DNA of 64,000 bases from Candidatus Limnocylindrales bacterium (GCA_035699445.1 DASSPX010000031.1:10570-74569); one strand, 5' to 3'; counted from the stretch's first letter, positions 34,688-43,174 are shown. A program made the numbers and translations. Notes: generated from the sequence alone by a model not told the origin.

Positions 34688-37003
34688 CTACAGGAGGCTC
34701 GCGAGCGCCTCCGCGAACGTGCCCGCCACGAGATCCGCCTCGTGGCGCCCGAACACGAGCGGCGGCCGGATCTTCACGACGTTCCCATGCCGGCCGCAGG
34801 TCCCCACGAGGACGCCACGCTCGCGCATCGCGTTGACGATCTCGACGGTAGCCGCGCGATCCGGACGTCCGCCGCCCGGCTCGGTGATCTCCACACCGGT
34901 CGCGAGCCCCATGCCGCGAACGTGGCGGACGCGCCCCGTGCCGTCAGCCGCCGCCACATCCCGCAAGCCGGCGCGCAGCGCCTCGCCTGCCTCGCGCGTC
35001 CCGTCGAGGATCCGCTCGTCCTCGATCACGTCCAGCACGGCGCGCGCCGCGGCCATCGCCACCGGGTTACCGCCGAACGTGCTGAAGAAGTCCGTCGCGG
35101 CGCCGAACCGCTGCGCGAGATCGCGCCGGGTGATCACGGCGGCCACGGGATGACCGTTGCCCATCGGCTTGCCCAGCGTCACGAGGTCCGGGACGATCCC
35201 CAGCCGCTGGTACGACCACATCGCGCTGCCCGTCCGGCCGTGCCCGCCCTGGACCTCGTCGGCGATCCACTGCGCGCCGGCCTCGTGCGTCAGCCGGACC
35301 AGCTCCCGGGCAAGGGCCGGATCGAGGTCCAGGATGCCGTCGCTCGTGAGCACGCCGTCGAGGATGGCAGCCGCGGGCGGGTGACCCGCCTCTCGCAGCT
35401 CGCGCAGCGCTGTCGCCCAGGCCTCGACCGACGCCTCGACCGGATCCCACGTCCGGACATGGGGCGCGTGGAGTCCCGGGGTGGACTCCGGCGACAGGGC
35501 GGTGATCGCCTCGCTGATCCCGTGATACGCGAAGGCCGTCGAGACGCCGCCGGTCCCGCCCGTCGCCGCGGTCGCGATCCGCCACGCGAGGTCGTTCGCC
35601 TCCGACCCGGAGTTCACGAACAGCACGACATCGAGCCCGGCGTCGGCGGTGGTCGCCACGAGCCGCTCCGCGACCTCGAGCGCGATCCCGTGGAGGTACC
35701 GCATGTTCGTGTTGAGCAGCCGCGACTGGCGCGCGATCGCCTCGGCCACCCGGGGATGCGCATGCCCGACGACGGGCACGTTGTTGTACGCGTCGAGGTA
35801 GCGGCGGCCGTCTGCGTCCCACAGCCAGACGCCCTCGCCGCGGACGAGGTGGAGCGGCTCGCGGTAGCTGAGCGGCGTGAGCGCGGGCTCGAGCAGCTCG
35901 CGCCGTCGTGCGGCGAGCTCCGGCACGGACAGCGTCGCCGACCGCTCGCGGCCGCCGAGCCGGATCGCGACCTCGTCGAAGCCGATCGCGTCGAACGCGG
36001 TCAGCAGCGCCACCGCCTCGTCGCGGAGCTCGGCCATGAGCGCGTCACCGTCGGCGTACAGGCCGCCACGCGCAGCCGGAACGACGACCGACGCGCACGC
36101 GCGCGCGGCCACGAGCTCGCCGAAGATCGCCCGCTCCTCGGGCTCGAGCGGCGTGATCCGCTCGTAGCCGTCGAGCGTGATCCGGGTCGCCCGGAACAGC
36201 TCGTCGCCGGACCGGCCGGCCAGGTGGGACTCGACGACCGTCGCCGGGTCGACGACGAGCGCCGACCAGCTCATGTCCCCGAAGTCGATGATCCCGGTGA
36301 TCGCGCCGGCGTCGTCCACGAGCACGTTGTCCGAGCACAGGTCGGTGTGGATGACCTGCGATCGCAGCCGCGGCCAGACCGGGGTGACCACCGCCTCGTA
36401 GCGGTCGAGCACCCGCTCCACGAGGCGGCGGGTCGCAGGGTCGCGCACCGCGGGAAGGAGCTCGCGCAGCCGGAGGGCGTGCTGCGGGTCCCAGAGCATC
36501 ACGCGCACCGCGGACGGGTGCGTGAACCCGCGCAGCGCCCGCCCGACCCGGGCCACCACCGCGCCCCACTCGCGCATCGCGTGGTCGCTGAGCGTGACGC
36601 CGAGGACCGATGCGTGACCGGGCAGTCGGTCATACATGCGTGCCTGATGCTCCGTGCCGGCCGCCGACCGGACGACCGTCCGATACGTGCCCGGATCCTC
36701 GGGATCCATCGCCGCGTCCGGCAGCGCCCACGGCAGCGCCACCGGCAGGTCGGGTTCGAGCGCGTGCACCCGCCGGGCCGCGAGCGCCTCCATGTCGAGG
36801 CGATCGACTGCCTCGGCCGCGTTCGAGATCTTCAGCACCGCGGGCCGGTCGCCTTCGAGGAGGAACGTCTGGTCCCGCTCGCTGCCCGCTGCACGGGCGA
36901 GGCCGTCCACGCCAAAGCGCTCTCGCGCGATCGCCGCCGCCTCGACCTCGGTGAACGTCGGCGGCGGCGCCTCCAGCACGCGATCCACGACCCGCTCGGC
37001 CAT
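34688..37003 (-). CDS. fusion protein: APH/choline-kinase-fold phosphotransferase (N) + class-III aminotransferase-fold PLP enzyme of the phospho-lyase subtype (C)
   Basis: N-terminal half: 'VIHTDLCSDNVLV' and 'IIDFGD' kinase motifs. C-terminal half: 'FVNSGSEANDLAWR', 'ADEVQGGHGRTG', and PLP-Lys region 'LVTLGKPMGNGHPVAAV'. Confidence 0.85.
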   Translation of the reverse strand: MAERVVDRVLEAPPPTFTEVEAAAIARERFGVDGLARAAGSERDQTFLLEGDRPAVLKISNAAEAVDRLDMEALAARRVHALEPDLPVALPWALPDAAMDPEDPGTYRTVVRSAAGTEHQARMYDRLPGHASVLGVTLSDHAMREWGAVVARVGRALRGFTHPSAVRVMLWDPQHALRLRELLPAVRDPATRRLVERVLDRYEAVVTPVWPRLRSQVIHTDLCSDNVLVDDAGAITGIIDFGDMSWSALVVDPATVVESHLAGRSGDELFRATRITLDGYERITPLEPEERAIFGELVAARACASVVVPAARGGLYADGDALMAELRDEAVALLTAFDAIGFDEVAIRLGGRERSATLSVPELAARRRELLEPALTPLSYREPLHLVRGEGVWLWDADGRRYLDAYNNVPVVGHAHPRVAEAIARQSRLLNTNMRYLHGIALEVAERLVATTADAGLDVVLFVNSGSEANDLAWRIATAATGGTGGVSTAFAYHGISEAITALSPESTPGLHAPHVRTWDPVEASVEAWATALRELREAGHPPAAAILDGVLTSDGILDLDPALARELVRLTHEAGAQWIADEVQGGHGRTGSAMWSYQRLGIVPDLVTLGKPMGNGHPVAAVITRRDLAQRFGAATDFFSTFGGNPVAMAAARAVLDVIEDERILDGTREAGEALRAGLRDVAAADGTGRVRHVRGMGLATGVEITEPGGGRPDRAATVEIVNAMRERGVLVGTCGRHGNVVKIRPPLVFGRHEADLVAGTFAEALASLL

Positions 37004-37026
37004 CCCGGGCAGGATAGCCGCGGCCG

Positions 37027-39879
37027 ATGCCCGGCCGGCTTCCGGTCGCGCGGGCCGGCTCGTACCCTGACGGCGTGCCTGCGCCGTTCGTGGGTCGCCA
37101 GCGCGAGCTCCGCGTCCTCCGGTCGCTGTCCGACATCGCCCGTCGCGAGCGCCGCCCGACGGCTGCGCTCGTCACCGGCGACCCCGGCAGCGGCAAGACC
37201 CGGCTGCTCGCGGAGCTGTGCTCGCACTCGCCGATGCCGGTCGAGCGCGTCCACGGGTTCGAGCCCACCCAGGCCGTGCCGCTCGCCGCGGCCCGGGAGC
37301 TCCTTCGCCGCCTCGCCCGCGTCCCGGCCGCCGGCGCGGACCTCGACCGCCTCGTGGTCGCCCGGGAGCAGGGCCCGCTCGACGCGCTGCGGATCTTCGA
37401 GGCGGCGCACCTCGCCCTCCGCCGGCACGGGCCGCTGCTCGTCGCCGTCGACGACCTCCAGTGGGTCGACGAGGCCTCGCGGGCGCTGCTCGTGTTCCTC
37501 GTCCGGGCGGCAGGCTCAACGTCAGGCGCCGTCAGCGTCGTCGTGGCCGCGCGCCCGTCCGCGGAGGCCACCTCGCTGCGCTCGGCGCTCGAGACCGAGC
37601 TGCCCGAGCCGCGGCGGGCCGTCATCGGCCTCGGCCCGCTGTCGCGCGAGGAGGGCACGGCGCTCGCGCGTGCGATCGATCCGACGCTCGCGTCGGACGA
37701 GGGCTCGGCGCTCTGGCAGCGGGCGGCCGGTTCGCCGTTCTGGGTCGAGGTACTCGCCCGCGGTCGGGGCGGTGACGAGCCCGCGCGCCTGATCGAGGAC
37801 CGCCTCGTCGCCCTCGGCGCCGACGCCGGCATGCTCCTCGCCGCGCTCGCCGTCGGTGCCCGCCCGTTCGCCGTCGAGCAGGTCGCCGCGGTCCTCGACT
37901 GGCCGGTGGAGCGGGCCGCGTTCGCCGCGCGCGAGCTCGTCGGGCGCGGCCTCGTCGTGTCGGTTGCCGGCACGCTCCGGCTTGCCCACGACCTCATCCG
38001 CGACGCGGCGGTGCGGGAGATGCCGGCGGATCGGCGCCGCCGCCTCCACGACGGGTTCGCGGCGTGGATCGAGGCGGCGGCCGGGGAGGATCCGTCGCAG
38101 CTGTGTGAGGCGCTCGGCCATCGCCAGGAGGCCGACCTGCCGTCGGCGGCCCTCGCGCTCCGCGTCCTGACCTCGCCCCAGCGCCGCCTCCTGAGCGAAG
38201 CCAACGTCCGGCTCCTCGTGTCGATCGCGGACCGCCTCACGCCGGGGTCGCCGCAGCAGGTCGAGCTCGACGTCGCGCTCGCGGCGATCGCCGCGCGGCT
38301 CGGCCTGCCCGAGCTCGCCCGGGCCCGCTGGAACCGCGCAGCGGTCGGCTCGACCGACGTGCGCCTGCGCCAGGAGGCAGCTGTCGAATCGGCGCATGCC
38401 GCCTACGCGCTCGACCGCGGCGACGAGGTGCACGCCGATCTTGACCGGGCGCTGGCCATCGCGGAGCCGGCACCCGAGCTGGCAATCCGGATCGGTGCGC
38501 TCCGCGCGGAGACGCAGTTGTGGCTGGACCACCGGACGGCGGCCGGTGCGGAGACCGCGGCGGCAACGCTCGCCCTCGCCGAGCAGCTTGCGGCGGCGCG
38601 CGGCGGTCTGGACCGGCTCGACCCGCCGGGTCGGGCGGCGTACCTGCGCGCCCTCGAGTCGGCCGGCGACGCGGCGCTCCAGGAGGACCGGGGCGCGGAC
38701 GTGCTGCGGGTCGGCGAGATTGCCGTCGAGGTGGCCCGCGGCCTTGACGACGAGGCGTATCTCGCCGCGCTGACGCGCACGGCGTTCGCACTTCGACCGC
38801 TGGGCCGGATGCGCGAATCGACGGAGCGCTACCAGGAGGCGTGGGACCGGGCGCGCGCGGCCGTCCTGCCGATGGCGATGGTCGAGGCCGGCCACGGCCT
38901 CGCGCGCGGGCTGCGGGATCTCGGCCGGCTGCCGGAGGCGAGGGCGGTGGCGCTCGAGACGGTCCAGCTCGAGGAGCGCCTCCGGACGGCCCCGCGCCGC
39001 TGGGGCACGGCGCCCACGATCCTCCACCAGATCGAGCTCGTGATGGGCGAGCCCGGCGCCCTGGAACGGCTCGAGGCGGACACCGGCCGGGAACGCGATC
39101 CCCACTTCCGGATCGGGATCCACCAGACCGTCGCGATGTGGCGGGCGCGGGCGGCAGGCACCCGGGAGACGGAGCGAATCCTCGCGTCCGTCGAGGCGGC
39201 GCGCGACGCCGCCGACGTGTCGGGCTGCCCTCGGTGCGGGTTCGAACGCACGCTCCACGCCGCCGCGACGCTCGCCCGGATCGGGCGGGTCGACGCCGCG
39301 CGGGCAGAGCTGGAGCGGCTCCCGACCACGTGGACACCGGGCTACCTCCTGCGCGACGTCTGGCAGGCACAGGCGCGCGCGGCGATCGCGCACGCCGCCG
39401 GACAGCGCGACGAGGCGATCGAGCGGCTGCGGGCTGCGATCGCGATGCTCGATGCGGCGGGCATGCGGACCGACCTCGCATGGGCGTGGGTGGACCTTGC
39501 CGACGCGCTCGGCCCCGAGGACCGGACCGAGGCGGTGAACGCGCTGACCCGGGCATCCGAGCTGGCGGTGGCGACCGGCGCGGGGGCGGTGCGCCGGGTG
39601 GCGGCCCAGCGGCTGCGGTCCCTCGGCGTGCGCGCCTGGCGCCGGGGTCGCGGGACGATCGGGCCGGGGCTCTCCGCGCTCAGTGAGCGCGAGCGCGAGG
39701 TCGCCACGCTCGTCGCCGAGGGCCGGAGCAACCGCGAGATCGCGGACGCCCTCCTGCTGTCCCCGAAGACCGTCGAGCGGCACGTGACGAACCTGCTCGC
39801 GAAGCTCGGGCTGCGCAACCGGGTCGAAGTCGCCGCGACGCTCGCGCCCGCGCCGGTACGGGGATCCCCCGATGAATGA
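37027..39879 (+). CDS. LAL/MalT-type LuxR-family regulator (AAA/STAND ATPase + TPR-like region + LuxR HTH)
   Basis: Walker A 'GDPGSGKTRLL', Walker B 'LLVAVDDLQWVD', C-terminal 'LSEREREVATLVAEGRSNREIADALLLSPKTVERHVTNLLAKLG'. Confidence 0.9.
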   Translation: MPGRLPVARAGSYPDGVPAPFVGRQRELRVLRSLSDIARRERRPTAALVTGDPGSGKTRLLAELCSHSPMPVERVHGFEPTQAVPLAAARELLRRLARVPAAGADLDRLVVAREQGPLDALRIFEAAHLALRRHGPLLVAVDDLQWVDEASRALLVFLVRAAGSTSGAVSVVVAARPSAEATSLRSALETELPEPRRAVIGLGPLSREEGTALARAIDPTLASDEGSALWQRAAGSPFWVEVLARGRGGDEPARLIEDRLVALGADAGMLLAALAVGARPFAVEQVAAVLDWPVERAAFAARELVGRGLVVSVAGTLRLAHDLIRDAAVREMPADRRRRLHDGFAAWIEAAAGEDPSQLCEALGHRQEADLPSAALALRVLTSPQRRLLSEANVRLLVSIADRLTPGSPQQVELDVALAAIAARLGLPELARARWNRAAVGSTDVRLRQEAAVESAHAAYALDRGDEVHADLDRALAIAEPAPELAIRIGALRAETQLWLDHRTAAGAETAAATLALAEQLAAARGGLDRLDPPGRAAYLRALESAGDAALQEDRGADVLRVGEIAVEVARGLDDEAYLAALTRTAFALRPLGRMRESTERYQEAWDRARAAVLPMAMVEAGHGLARGLRDLGRLPEARAVALETVQLEERLRTAPRRWGTAPTILHQIELVMGEPGALERLEADTGRERDPHFRIGIHQTVAMWRARAAGTRETERILASVEAARDAADVSGCPRCGFERTLHAAATLARIGRVDAARAELERLPTTWTPGYLLRDVWQAQARAAIAHAAGQRDEAIERLRAAIAMLDAAGMRTDLAWAWVDLADALGPEDRTEAVNALTRASELAVATGAGAVRRVAAQRLRSLGVRAWRRGRGTIGPGLSALSEREREVATLVAEGRSNREIADALLLSPKTVERHVTNLLAKLGLRNRVEVAATLAPAPVRGSPDE

Positions 39880-39933
39880 GGGTCGCTGACCGCGGCACCG
39901 TACGCGCCAACCCAGATCGGTGGAGGCGGACGG

Positions 39934-40206
39934 ATGGCAATGGCGATCCTCGTTGCGGACGCGAGCCGGCCGCACCCGGTGGTCGATCCCCGCGTTGCGG
40001 AACGGCTGGCTGCGCTCGGCGTCACCCGGATCGCCCTGCTGTCCGATGCCGTCGGCACCGGTGTGGTGCTGGAGGGCTGGGCGTTCGACCCGGCCGACAT
40101 CGACGATGCCGTTCGGGCGGTCTACCCGGACGGCGCCGAGGGCGTGCGCACCCTCCGCGAGGTGGGGCTCGTCGCGCTCGCCCGGACGGCAGAAGGGAGA
40201 CGGTGA
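39934..40206 (+). CDS. small hypothetical protein (90 aa)
   Basis: GGAGG lies 8 nt upstream of the ATG. Its stop overlaps the next start (TGATG). Confidence 0.5.
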   Translation: MAMAILVADASRPHPVVDPRVAERLAALGVTRIALLSDAVGTGVVLEGWAFDPADIDDAVRAVYPDGAEGVRTLREVGLVALARTAEGRR

Positions 40207-40586
40207 TGCATCGTTCGATCGCGCGGCGCGTCCTGCTCGCGGGCTCGCTCGCGTCCGCCCTGTCGGCGGCCGCGGTGGCCCCGGCGCTCGCGCACGATCA
40301 CTACGCGGGGCCCGCGCACGGCGGCACCGGCCAGGTGCTCGCGAACGGCGGCAACCATCCGAAGTTCCTGCCCAGCGCCGGCGGCACGTACACCTCGTGC
40401 GAGTCGAACGGGCCGGTCCCGGGCGACACGATCAGCAATGCGTGGTATGGCCTCGAGACCGCCCACCACGGACCGGACTCGGGCGATCCGGGCAAGCGCG
40501 ACGTCGTGAACGGCGTTGTCGACCGCTGCTACACGGCGGACGGCAATCCCGCCACCAGCGACGACCAGAACCCGGCGATCCGGTAG
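40206..40586 (+). CDS. small secreted His/Gly-rich hypothetical protein (126 aa)
   Basis: Signal peptide 'MHRSIARRVLLAGSLASALSAAAVAPALA'. Mature part begins 'HDHYAGPAHGG' and contains 2 Cys. Confidence 0.6.
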   Translation: MHRSIARRVLLAGSLASALSAAAVAPALAHDHYAGPAHGGTGQVLANGGNHPKFLPSAGGTYTSCESNGPVPGDTISNAWYGLETAHHGPDSGDPGKRDVVNGVVDRCYTADGNPATSDDQNPAIR

Positions 40587-40620
40587 GCGTCGGCCCGCGC
40601 GACGACAGGGCGCTCGGCGA

Positions 40621-41484
40621 TCAGCCGGGCGCCCGCCCCGGCAGCTCCTCGCCCGGCATCGGCTTCCGGGCGCGCACGAACACGCTCGTCGCGATCCGGC
40701 CCTGCCGCTCGGCCGGCACCCGGGCGCGGAGGAGGTCGAGCAGCGCCGGGCCGAACAGCGGATAGAGCTCGCACTCGGCGATCCCGAACGGCTCGATCGG
40801 GTCGATGCCGACGGCGCGGAACCCGGCCCGCCGCAGGCCCTTGTAGAGCGCGATCTCCGAGAGCGCTCCCGACAGGCAGCCGGCCCACGCGGCGGGGTGC
40901 GTCTGGATCTCGGCCGGCAGGTCGTGCTCGAGCACGAGGTCGACGATCGCGAGCCGGCCACCCGGCCGCAGGACGCGGTACGCCTCGCTCAGCACCCGTG
41001 CCTTCCGCGGCGAGAGGTTCACGACGCCGTTGCTGATGACCACGTCCGCCGCTTCATCGGGCAGCGGCAGCGCCTCGATCTCGCCGCGGACGAAGCGGAC
41101 GTTGTGGATGCCCGCCGCCGCGGCCGCCGCCGACGCGCGCGTGACCATCTCGGGCAGGAAGTCCACGCCGATGACCGAGCCGCCGGGCGCCACGGCCCGC
41201 GCGGCGATCAGGCAGTCGATCCCGCCGCCCGAGCCCAGGTCCACCACGTCCTCACCCGGCCGCAGGTCCGCGAACGAGACCGGGTTGCCCACGCCGAGGG
41301 CGATGCGGACCGTCTCGTCGGGCAGGCCCTCGAGCTGCTCGGGCCGGTAGTAGCGGCGCGCCACCCGGCCATCCGTCGGCCGGACGCCGCCGTACGTCTC
41401 GCGGACGGCGGCGCGGATCCGGTCCTGGCCGAGCAGGTCGGCACCCTCGAAGTGGAACGTGTCGGGACCGATGTGGCTCGTCAT
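40621..41484 (-). CDS. SAM-dependent methyltransferase, ArsM/UbiE-like
   Basis: SAM motif I 'VVDLGSGGGID', also 'ADVVISNGVVNL' and 'LRPGGRLAIVD'. ATGA overlap with the anti-sigma gene. Confidence 0.8.
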   Translation of the reverse strand: MTSHIGPDTFHFEGADLLGQDRIRAAVRETYGGVRPTDGRVARRYYRPEQLEGLPDETVRIALGVGNPVSFADLRPGEDVVDLGSGGGIDCLIAARAVAPGGSVIGVDFLPEMVTRASAAAAAAGIHNVRFVRGEIEALPLPDEAADVVISNGVVNLSPRKARVLSEAYRVLRPGGRLAIVDLVLEHDLPAEIQTHPAAWAGCLSGALSEIALYKGLRRAGFRAVGIDPIEPFGIAECELYPLFGPALLDLLRARVPAERQGRIATSVFVRARKPMPGEELPGRAPG

Positions 41485-41732
41485 CGGCCGGCCTCCGGCT
41501 CGGGCTCCGCGGCGGTGAGCAGGAGCTCGATGCGCTGCCGGACCTCCGGGGGCATCGCGGGCGTGGCCGCCCGGTCGACAACCAGCTCCCGCAAGCGCCG
41601 GCTGAACTCGAGCTCGCCGCAGCAGCGCGTGCAGGTGTCGAGGTGCTGCTCGAGCTCGTCGTTGTGCGGGCCATCGAGGGCCGCCTCGAGGTACAGCCAC
41701 ATCCGCCGAACGGCCTCGCGACAGTCGATCAT
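41481..41732 (-). CDS. zinc-binding (ZAS) anti-sigma factor, RsrA/RshA-like
   Basis: 83 aa with 'HLDTCTRCC' (Hx3Cx2C) plus an N-terminal Cys ('MIDCREAV'). ATGA overlaps on both sides. Confidence 0.8.
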   Translation of the reverse strand: MIDCREAVRRMWLYLEAALDGPHNDELEQHLDTCTRCCGELEFSRRLRELVVDRAATPAMPPEVRQRIELLLTAAEPEPEAGR

Positions 41733-42361
41733 CGGGCGTCCTCTTCGTCGATCGCGCTCACGAGCCCGTTCGCGACGGCGTACTTCCACAGCCCGCGCTC
41801 GAGCTTCTTGCGGCCACGGTGCAGGCGCGAGAGCAACGTGCCCAGCGGGACGTCGAGGATCACCGCGGCCTCCTTGCACGAGAAGCCGTGGATGACCGTG
41901 AGGATGAGCGGCTCGCGAAAGGCCGCGGGGATCGACCCGAAGATCGCCTGGACGTCCTCGTCGCCGAACAGGCGCAGGAAGTCCATGTGGAGCTCGTCCG
42001 AGTACGGGAAGGGATCCTCGATGGCGATCGTCTGGTAGAGCGAGAAGTCGTCGTCGTCGGCCTCGAGCGCGTCGAGCGGCGTCGTGGCGACCTCGCGGCC
42101 GCGGGCGCGGCAGAGGTCCCGCCAGAGGTTGGTCGCGATCGAAAACAGCCAGGGCTTCGCCCGGTCGCGGTCGCGGACCTCCGGCCATGCGCGCATGCCG
42201 CGCAGGAGCGTCTCCTGGAGCAGGTCCTCGGCGTCGGCCGAATTGCCGGCGAGCCGAACGCAGAACCCGTAGAGGCGATCGCCGTGCTCCCGGACGACCG
42301 CGGCGAAGGACCCCGGCGTGGCATCGGACGGCGGCGGGGGCGCGAGCTCCGCATCGAGCAC
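41729..42361 (-). CDS. ECF sigma factor, SigR/SigH-like
   Basis: Region 2 'DAEDLLQETLLRGMRAW..WLFSIATNLWRD' and region 4 'SCKEAAVILDVPLGTLLSRLHRGRKKL'. The GTG start at 42361 was chosen because an ECF-type promoter lies inside the longer ORF (to 42544). Confidence 0.85.
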   Translation of the reverse strand: MLDAELAPPPPSDATPGSFAAVVREHGDRLYGFCVRLAGNSADAEDLLQETLLRGMRAWPEVRDRDRAKPWLFSIATNLWRDLCRARGREVATTPLDALEADDDDFSLYQTIAIEDPFPYSDELHMDFLRLFGDEDVQAIFGSIPAAFREPLILTVIHGFSCKEAAVILDVPLGTLLSRLHRGRKKLERGLWKYAVANGLVSAIDEEDAR

Positions 42362-42415
42362 ATCGACCTCTGGCGTGGGTTCCCGCCGGCCTGGCGGAGT
42401 GGCGGATTGAGGCTT

Positions 42416-42445
42416 GAAGACGATGGCCGGCACTGAATTATTCCC
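42416..42445 (-). promoter_or_regulatory. ECF-type promoter GGGAATAA-N15-CGTCTTC driving the sigma/anti-sigma/methyltransferase operon
   Basis: Minus-strand read: GGGAATAA (42445-42438), 15 nt, CGTCTTC (42422-42416). This equals GGAAT-N18-GTC, close to the SigR/SigH consensus GGAAT-N18-GTT. Confidence 0.6.
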
Positions 42446-42457
42446 GTCCGGGCCCCC

Positions 42458-42487
42458 GGGAATAACATCGTTCGGCCCGGCGTCTTC
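42458..42487 (+). promoter_or_regulatory. ECF-type promoter GGGAATAA-N15-CGTCTTC driving osmC
   Basis: GGGAATAA (42458-42465), 15 nt, CGTCTTC (42481-42487). Boxes and spacing are identical to the minus-strand copy. The -35 boxes form a 9-bp inverted repeat TTATTCCCG/CGGGAATAA. Confidence 0.6.
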
Positions 42488-42537
42488 GCCCATCGACCCG
42501 CCCTCGGCGGGACGGTCAACCGATGGGAGGTTCGCAC

Positions 42538-43101
42538 ATGGCAACAGTGACGATGCGGAACGGGGTGGACGTCGACCGGCTGGTCGCGACGATCGGCGCG
42601 ATCCAGGGGGACGGCTCGATCGGACAGTTCACGTTCCGGGCGCGGAGCACCTGGGAGAGCGGCGGTCGCAGCCGGGGCGAGATCCGCGAGTTCGTCCACG
42701 CCGGCCAGACGGTGGAGCGACCGCAGGCATTCGAGCTCACGGGGGACGAGCCGCCCGTGCTGCTCGGGACGAACGCCGGACCGAACGCGGTCGAGCTCGT
42801 GCTCCAGGCGCTCGCGTTCTGCTACGCGGTGGGCTACGTGTACAACGCCGCAGCGCGCGGGATCGAGATCGAGGAGCTCCGGTACGAGGTGGAGGGCGAC
42901 CTCGATCTCCACCGGTTCGTCGGGCTGGGCGGGCCGCGTGCCGGCTTCTCCGAGATCCGGGCGACCAGCTGGGTGCGCTCCCCGAACGCGTCCCAGGCGC
43001 AGCTCGAGGAGCTGTGCACGTACGTCCAGGAGACGTCGCCGGTTCGCGACATCCTCGCCAACCCGGTGCCGGTCACGACGAACCTCGTCGTCCTCGACTG
43101 A
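42538..43101 (+). CDS. OsmC-family peroxiredoxin-like protein
   Basis: OsmC fold signature region 'GPNAVELVLQALAFCYAVGY'. ATG at 42538 with GGAGG 7 nt upstream. Confidence 0.8.
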   Translation: MATVTMRNGVDVDRLVATIGAIQGDGSIGQFTFRARSTWESGGRSRGEIREFVHAGQTVERPQAFELTGDEPPVLLGTNAGPNAVELVLQALAFCYAVGYVYNAAARGIEIEELRYEVEGDLDLHRFVGLGGPRAGFSEIRATSWVRSPNASQAQLEELCTYVQETSPVRDILANPVPVTTNLVVLD

Positions 43102-43146
43102 GCCCGGGGTCCCGGCGGTTCGCCGGCCACCCGGCCGGGCATACGA

Positions 43147-43174
43147 AAGGCCCCCGGATCACTCCGGGGGCCTT
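43147..43174. terminator. bidirectional hairpin between convergent osmC and csp
   Basis: AAGGCCCCCGGA-tcac-TCCGGGGGCCTT (12-bp perfect stem). A-run 5' and T-containing 3' flank. Confidence 0.7.

Noticed and set aside
34658-37792. 1044-aa plus-strand ORF overlapping the kinase/aminotransferase fusion and the start of the LuxR gene
   Set aside because: It is a shadow ORF opposite a gene with clear APH and PLP-lysine motifs. Its downstream part merely runs in a wrong frame of the LuxR gene.
42362-42544. Upstream 61 codons of the longest ECF sigma ORF (TTG at 42544 or ATG at 42493)
   Set aside because: A complete ECF-type promoter (42445-42416) lies inside this extension. The GTG at 42361 gives a normal ~210-aa ECF sigma. 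The extension is a Pro-rich sequence overlapping the divergent osmC promoter.
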